Shown here piece by piece: positions 59,486 to 64,000 of a stretch of 64,000 nucleotides of DNA. Position 1 is the stretch's first letter, and every line of letters begins with the position of its first letter. The DNA is from an uncultured Christensenella sp. GTDB lineage: Bacteria; Bacillota; Clostridia; Christensenellales; UBA1242. A model generated the notes under the pieces. The model searched no databases. It worked only from the letters and a program-made list of their open reading frames with translations, and was not told where the DNA came from. The translations under genes and the position numbers were made by a program. The stretch lies in NCBI GenBank assembly GCA_905195085.1, contig CAJJUK010000001.1:41719-105718 (forward strand), written 5' to 3'.

Positions 59486-60121
59486 CTAATTAACATCGTT
59501 TTTAACAACATTCTCTTTATGTCTTCTGGTTAAAAGTTTTTTGGCAAAGAAAATTGCAACATTAATAATCAAATATAAAGCAACAAATATAAGTGAAAAC
59601 ATAAAAATGTAAAAAGCGGAATTTTCAAAGTACAAACAAAGAAGCAAAATTGCAAGACATGATAAGATTTCTCCAACAAGAATTGAAACGAATGATTGCC
59701 AAATTTTCAGATTGGTAAACCCAGCAATCAAACTGCCTGTATAAACGCCGGTCAAAGGCAGTGGAACAGCAACAAATGTTGACAAAAGCAAGCATTTTTT
59801 GAAGGTTGATTCTTTTTTATCTAACTTGGAAAATTTGGTTTTATATTTCTCTTGAATTTTTGAAACAAACTTGTCATGAACAAAACCGCTTGTTTTGTTT
59901 TTAATTAATCGGGCAAGCAAGATGACGACAATTGCTGGCAACATACTTCCCAAACAAGAGCTCAAAAATGCCATTCCAGGAGAAAGCACATTATCGCCCC
60001 ATATTTGCCCAGCCATAGCAAAAGGGATTGCCACCTTACTTTCAATAGTTGGAATCATTGCCATAAGCATAACTGCCAAGAAAACACAATCTGAAAAGTT
60101 ATCTGAAAAAAATTCAAGCAT
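59486..60121 (-). CDS. Small-multidrug-export-like membrane protein (COG2426 type)
   Basis: 211 aa with ...PTIESKVAIPFA... and ...VAVPLPLTGVYTGSLIA..., as I recall for this family. Confidence 0.55.
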   Translation of the reverse strand: MLEFFSDNFSDCVFLAVMLMAMIPTIESKVAIPFAMAGQIWGDNVLSPGMAFLSSCLGSMLPAIVVILLARLIKNKTSGFVHDKFVSKIQEKYKTKFSKLDKKESTFKKCLLLSTFVAVPLPLTGVYTGSLIAGFTNLKIWQSFVSILVGEILSCLAILLLCLYFENSAFYIFMFSLIFVALYLIINVAIFFAKKLLTRRHKENVVKNDVN

Positions 60122-60221
60122 TGGACAAACACTCCTTATAGATTTATTGTATGAATCAATCGTCTCAATAATGAAGAATTTGTTGAATATTGGAATAAGC
60201 GAGCACTGTAACTTTTAATAA

Positions 60222-60255
60222 AAACAAAAAAAGACAAGATCGATTTTCTTGTCTT
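60222..60255 (-). terminator. Rho-independent terminator after recN
   Basis: The minus strand reads AAGACAAGAA-aatcga-TCTTGTCTT followed by TTTTTGTTTTT. Confidence 0.75.
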
Positions 60256-60282
60256 AGTTATTTTTTTATAACAAATTACATA

Positions 60283-61947
60283 TTAAAATTTAGCGTCAAA
60301 AAGTTTTTTAGAATGCTCAATTGCGGTTTCTGAAACATCTTTTCCGCCATCAATCAGCCTTGCAACTTCAAAGATCGCCTGCTGTCTATCCAAACTCTTG
60401 ACTGTTGAAACCGTGTTATCTTCGATAACATTTTTCTCAACCAACAAAAACGCATCACCCTTTGATGCAACAACTGGCGTGTGAGTAATACAAATAATTT
60501 GTGTAAATTTGGAAATGTTTTCCAATTTTTCAGCAAGTCTTCCCGCGGTGTGACCACTTATTCCAGCGTCTATCTCATCAAAAACAACTGTTTGCACATT
60601 CTCCTTGTCAAGCATGACATTTTTAAAAGCAAGAAGCAATCTTGACAACTCTCCACCAGAAGCCGTTTTATGTAAGTCCTTAATCTCCTGCCCAATATTT
60701 GCCGAAAACATAAACTTGACACTGTCACAACCCTTGGAAGAACACGCAACATCTTCAAAAGATACTTTGAAATATGTTCCTTTCATTTCAAGGTCTTCAA
60801 GTTGTTTTGTAAGTTGTTCTTCAAGAAGTTTTGCATACTTTTTTCTTTCAGTACTCAAAGTCTTGCATGCATCAGTCAACGCAACTTCCCTTTCTTGAAG
60901 TTCTTTTTGGAGCTTTTCCAAAATAAATTGACTGTTTTCCAACTCATCAAGTTGTGATTTGCATCTATTTAAATACTGCAAAATATCCTCAATGTTTTTG
61001 CCATATTTCTTCGACAAATTCTTAATCAGATCAAGTCTAGCATCAATTCTTTCAAGCTCTTTTGGATCAAAATCAGTGTTTTGTTTAATCCCCTCAAGCG
61101 TGTCAACAACATCTTTAATTTCATAATAACAGTTTTCAATTCTCTCTTTGCAATCTTCAATATCTTTAAAATTTGCAAATTCAGAAAGTGAGTTTTTTGC
61201 TTCATACAGCAACACCGCAGCATTATCTCTCTGTTCATCAAGTTTGCTAAGAGCCTCTCCAACCTTTTCAAAAATGTTTTCAGCTGAAGAAATGAAATCA
61301 AATCTTTCTCTCAATTCCACATCTTCGCCAACTGTCAAACCAGCATTTTCAATTTCTTGGATCTGATATTCCAACAACTCCTTTGTTCTTTCTCTTTCTG
61401 CGTCATTGCCACCAAGAGATTGAATCTTCTTTTCTGTCTCCTTGACAGCTTCAAACAAACTCTCAACATTGGACTTAAGTTTGGCGACATCATTCCCAGC
61501 AAATCTATCAAGCAAAGCCAAATGATTGTTGACATTCAAGAGGCCAACGCTGTCATGTTGTCCACAGAAGTCAACCATAGACTCTGCAAAATCTTTAAGC
61601 ATTTTTACTGTTGCAGGGAAGCCATTAATCTTTATGGAAGATTTCCCATCAGAATTGAGAGTTCTTGTTATAATCACTTCATCATCATAATCTATTTCCA
61701 TTTCATCAAGAAAATGCTTCTCAACATCTGAAAGGTCAGTAAAGACAGCATCAACCCTCAAAGCATTTTCCCCAGAACGTATCAAATTTTTGTCAGCTTT
61801 TGCACCCAACGAAAAACTGAGAGCATCAATGATAATACTCTTTCCAGCACCAGATTGTCCCAAGATGCAATTAAAACCTTTTTGAAACTCAATGGTCTGC
61901 TTTTTTATCAAAGCAACATTATTCAGAGAAAGTGAAGATAACATCAA
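60283..61947 (-). CDS. recN: DNA repair protein RecN
   Basis: Walker A GQSGAGKS, a long coiled coil and the signature SGGELSR plus Walker B VVFDEIDAG. Confidence 0.95.
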   Translation of the reverse strand: MMLSSLSLNNVALIKKQTIEFQKGFNCILGQSGAGKSIIIDALSFSLGAKADKNLIRSGENALRVDAVFTDLSDVEKHFLDEMEIDYDDEVIITRTLNSDGKSSIKINGFPATVKMLKDFAESMVDFCGQHDSVGLLNVNNHLALLDRFAGNDVAKLKSNVESLFEAVKETEKKIQSLGGNDAERERTKELLEYQIQEIENAGLTVGEDVELRERFDFISSAENIFEKVGEALSKLDEQRDNAAVLLYEAKNSLSEFANFKDIEDCKERIENCYYEIKDVVDTLEGIKQNTDFDPKELERIDARLDLIKNLSKKYGKNIEDILQYLNRCKSQLDELENSQFILEKLQKELQEREVALTDACKTLSTERKKYAKLLEEQLTKQLEDLEMKGTYFKVSFEDVACSSKGCDSVKFMFSANIGQEIKDLHKTASGGELSRLLLAFKNVMLDKENVQTVVFDEIDAGISGHTAGRLAEKLENISKFTQIICITHTPVVASKGDAFLLVEKNVIEDNTVSTVKSLDRQQAIFEVARLIDGGKDVSETAIEHSKKLFDAKF

Positions 61948-62010
61948 ACATACTCCAAAGACTTTTAATTATAAAAGAGGCAAAATTTCAGCCCCTTTTA
62001 ATTTACATTA

Positions 62011-62463
62011 TTATAACATAAGTTGGTTTAAAGTTACAACTGCTTCGCTAGCAAAAGTTGTAGAAGGAAAAACCAACAGAACAGTATCATCGCCGTAGGT
62101 TGCTCCCATAAGTTCTGTCAAATTCAATTTATCAATAAATGAGCAAACACTGACACCCATTCCCTTGATTGTTTTCACAACAGCCAAATTCAAAGCGGAC
62201 TTAACAGAGATGACGCATTCTTTAAATATGTTTATGTATTTATTTGAAACGACTTGTTGTTCAGAACCAAGAATAGCATATTTATATTTGCCAGAACTGC
62301 TCAAAATTTTCGTCAAACCAAGTTCTTTGATATCACGAGAAATGGTGGCTTGAGTAATTTCAAAATTTGCATTTTTCAATTCTTTGGCCAACTCTTCTTG
62401 AGTTTCAATCTCTTTGGTTGAAATCAATTCCAAAATTTTTGACTGTCTTGAACTTCTTGCCAT
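62011..62463 (-). CDS. argR: Arginine repressor
   Basis: RQSKILELIS...ETQEELAKELK...TQATISRDIKELGL wHTH and the C-terminal GTYGDDTVLLV oligomerisation core. Confidence 0.93.
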   Translation of the reverse strand: MARSSRQSKILELISTKEIETQEELAKELKNANFEITQATISRDIKELGLTKILSSSGKYKYAILGSEQQVVSNKYINIFKECVISVKSALNLAVVKTIKGMGVSVCSFIDKLNLTELMGATYGDDTVLLVFPSTTFASEAVVTLNQLML

Positions 62464-62527
62464 TTCAAACTCCTTAATCTCTACACTCCGCTAAATTAGG
62501 GCGATGTAGCGTTTATGCATAATTATA

Positions 62528-62545
62528 AATTTATGTTTATTCATG
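62528..62545 (-). promoter_or_regulatory. Candidate ARG box upstream of argR
   Basis: The minus strand CATGAATAAACATAAATT matches the first 10 nt and about 13 of 18 nt of the Bacillus AhrC box CATGAATAAAAATKCAAK. It lies ~65-80 nt upstream of the argR ATG. Confidence 0.4.
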
Positions 62546-62787
62546 CATTTTTGATTATTATACATTAAAATTTATAAATATGCAAGTGATTTTTGTATAT
62601 TTATTCACTCATTTTTTATAAAAATATGAATTTATGAAAATTTATAAAATCAAAATTTATAATTATAACCCAATATACATTTTATAAATTTAACCTTTCA
62701 AAGCACCAATCAACCTATAGCCACCCACCCAAGACATCAGCCAAACCCACAAACACTCGCTCAACAACCTTCATCATGATACTATAT

Positions 62788-62815
62788 AAAAAAAGACATA
62801 TCAATAAGATATGCC
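62788..62815 (-). terminator. Rho-independent terminator (minus strand) in the thiI-argR spacer
   Basis: The minus strand GGCATATC-ttatt-GATATGTC has an 8-bp stem with one G-U pair and is followed by T7. Confidence 0.7.
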
Positions 62816-62985
62816 ATTTAATTATTAACAACCAACCACAACAACTCACCCAATCATCTCTCTCAAATTACAAAATAAAAAATATGGCGTTTACATCAAC
62901 ACATTGCTGCCACCTGTTAAGACTCGCCATATTTTCACAATTTTATAACAAACATCTCAGCACAATTTTCACACTCAAGCAAATT

Positions 62986-64000
62986 TTAATAATTTTTAAT
63001 TTCGATAATCTCTTCATTAGCAAGCGCTTCATTAATCAAGTTTTCAATGTCGAGATTTTTCTCTAAATATTCCGCCCTTTTAATTGTTGGCCTAATGACG
63101 GGATTCTTTGGCAAGAAGACCGTGCAACAATCTTCATAAGGAAGAATTGAAGTTTCATAAGTTCCTATATTTTTTGCCACACTCATGATCTCTTCTTTGT
63201 CATAAGCAATCACAGGCCTGAAAACCGGCAAACTAACAACTGAATTTGTCACAGTCATACTTTGCATAGTTTGACTTGCAACCTGCCCAAGACTCTCCCC
63301 TGTAACAATTGCCCCTAAACCATTTTCATGACAGATTCGTTCAGCGATACGCATCATAATTCTTCTCATAATTGTGATCATATATTCTTCATCACAATTT
63401 TTATGTATTTGTTCTTGAATCTCTGTGAAAGAAACAACATGGAGTTTAATTTCCCCACAATACTTTGAAATCAAATTTGCAAGTTCAATAACCTTTTCTT
63501 TTGCTTGCACACTAGTATATGGATAAGAATGAAAGTGCACTGCCTCCAATCTAAGTCCACGCTTTGACATCAAGTAACCCGCCACCGGGCTGTCAATTCC
63601 GCCAGACAAAAGCAAAAGCGCTTTTCCAGCACTCCCAAGTGGAAGCCCACCAGCACATGGCAGAAGACTTTTATATATGTAAGTTTTCTTATTGACTCTA
63701 AGTTCAACAAAAAGCACAAGTTCCGGATTATACAAATCAACCTTCAAATTTGGAAACTGATTCAAAACAACTCCGCCCAAATGTCTTTCCAATTCCATAG
63801 AAGTCATATCAAAAGTTTTGTCGGCACGCTTAACTTCAACTTTAAAAGTTTTAACCCCAGACAAATCAATATTCCTAATTTCGTTTTCAATTCCTTCCAA
63901 AGAGGTATCAATTTCAACAGCAGACGCCACACCAATCAACCCAAACACAGTTTGAAGTTTTGAAACAATTTCATCTTCAAAAGATTCCGAATAATCAGAA
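62986..64000 (-). CDS. thiI: tRNA 4-thiouridine synthase ThiI (5' end outside window)
   Basis: PP-loop SGGIDSPVAGYLM and a THUMP-adjacent region. The frame stays open upstream of the ORF-track GTG (63948) to the window edge (...SKLQTVFGLIG). Confidence 0.9.
   Translation of the reverse strand, partial: SDYSESFEDEIVSKLQTVFGLIGVASAVEIDTSLEGIENEIRNIDLSGVKTFKVEVKRADKTFDMTSMELERHLGGVVLNQFPNLKVDLYNPELVLFVELRVNKKTYIYKSLLPCAGGLPLGSAGKALLLLSGGIDSPVAGYLMSKRGLRLEAVHFHSYPYTSVQAKEKVIELANLISKYCGEIKLHVVSFTEIQEQIHKNCDEEYMITIMRRIMMRIAERICHENGLGAIVTGESLGQVASQTMQSMTVTNSVVSLPVFRPVIAYDKEEIMSVAKNIGTYETSILPYEDCCTVFLPKNPVIRPTIKRAEYLEKNLDIENLINEALANEEIIEIKNY

Noticed and set aside
62776-63066. 96-aa ORF in the thiI-argR spacer.
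   Set aside because: It is low complexity and has no SD. Its 3' part overlaps thiI antisense. The region is better explained as non-coding.

Overview
AT-rich, gene-dense 64 kb chromosomal segment from a low-GC, endospore-forming Bacillota (Clostridia-like) genome. The endospore assignment rests on a complete spoIIIAA-AH operon and spoIVB. Almost everything is core housekeeping: lgt, lysS, nth, obg, yhbY, rsfS, rpiB, gap, a long-form SRP RNA, asp23-nusB-xseAB-proS, infC-rpmI-rplT with an attenuator leader, yebC, ruvCAB-queA-tgt, nifSU, trxA, tcdA, hslVU, topA, dprA, comM, rny, tig-clpP-clpX, a Xer-type recombinase, recN, argR and thiI. There is no CRISPR array, rRNA, tRNA, IS element or prophage. 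The most unusual signal is non-coding: a modular palindromic repeat family built on TTGCATA(A/T)(T/C)AC half-sites. It recurs in at least ten loci, nine of them intergenic and one inside a CDS. The densest cluster lies upstream of an unusual membrane-tethered PadR-like protein that is divergently paired with a DUF45 metallopeptidase. Other items worth follow-up: a small cassette downstream of gap that includes a nucleotidyltransferase-fold-like protein with substituted catalytic residues; a Rho-like protein without a P-loop; a TrmFO-like protein at the syntenic position that seems to lack both catalytic cysteines; two apparently leaderless genes; and a G-depleted, C-rich spacer between argR and thiI. 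All family calls come from reading motifs by eye, with no database searches.
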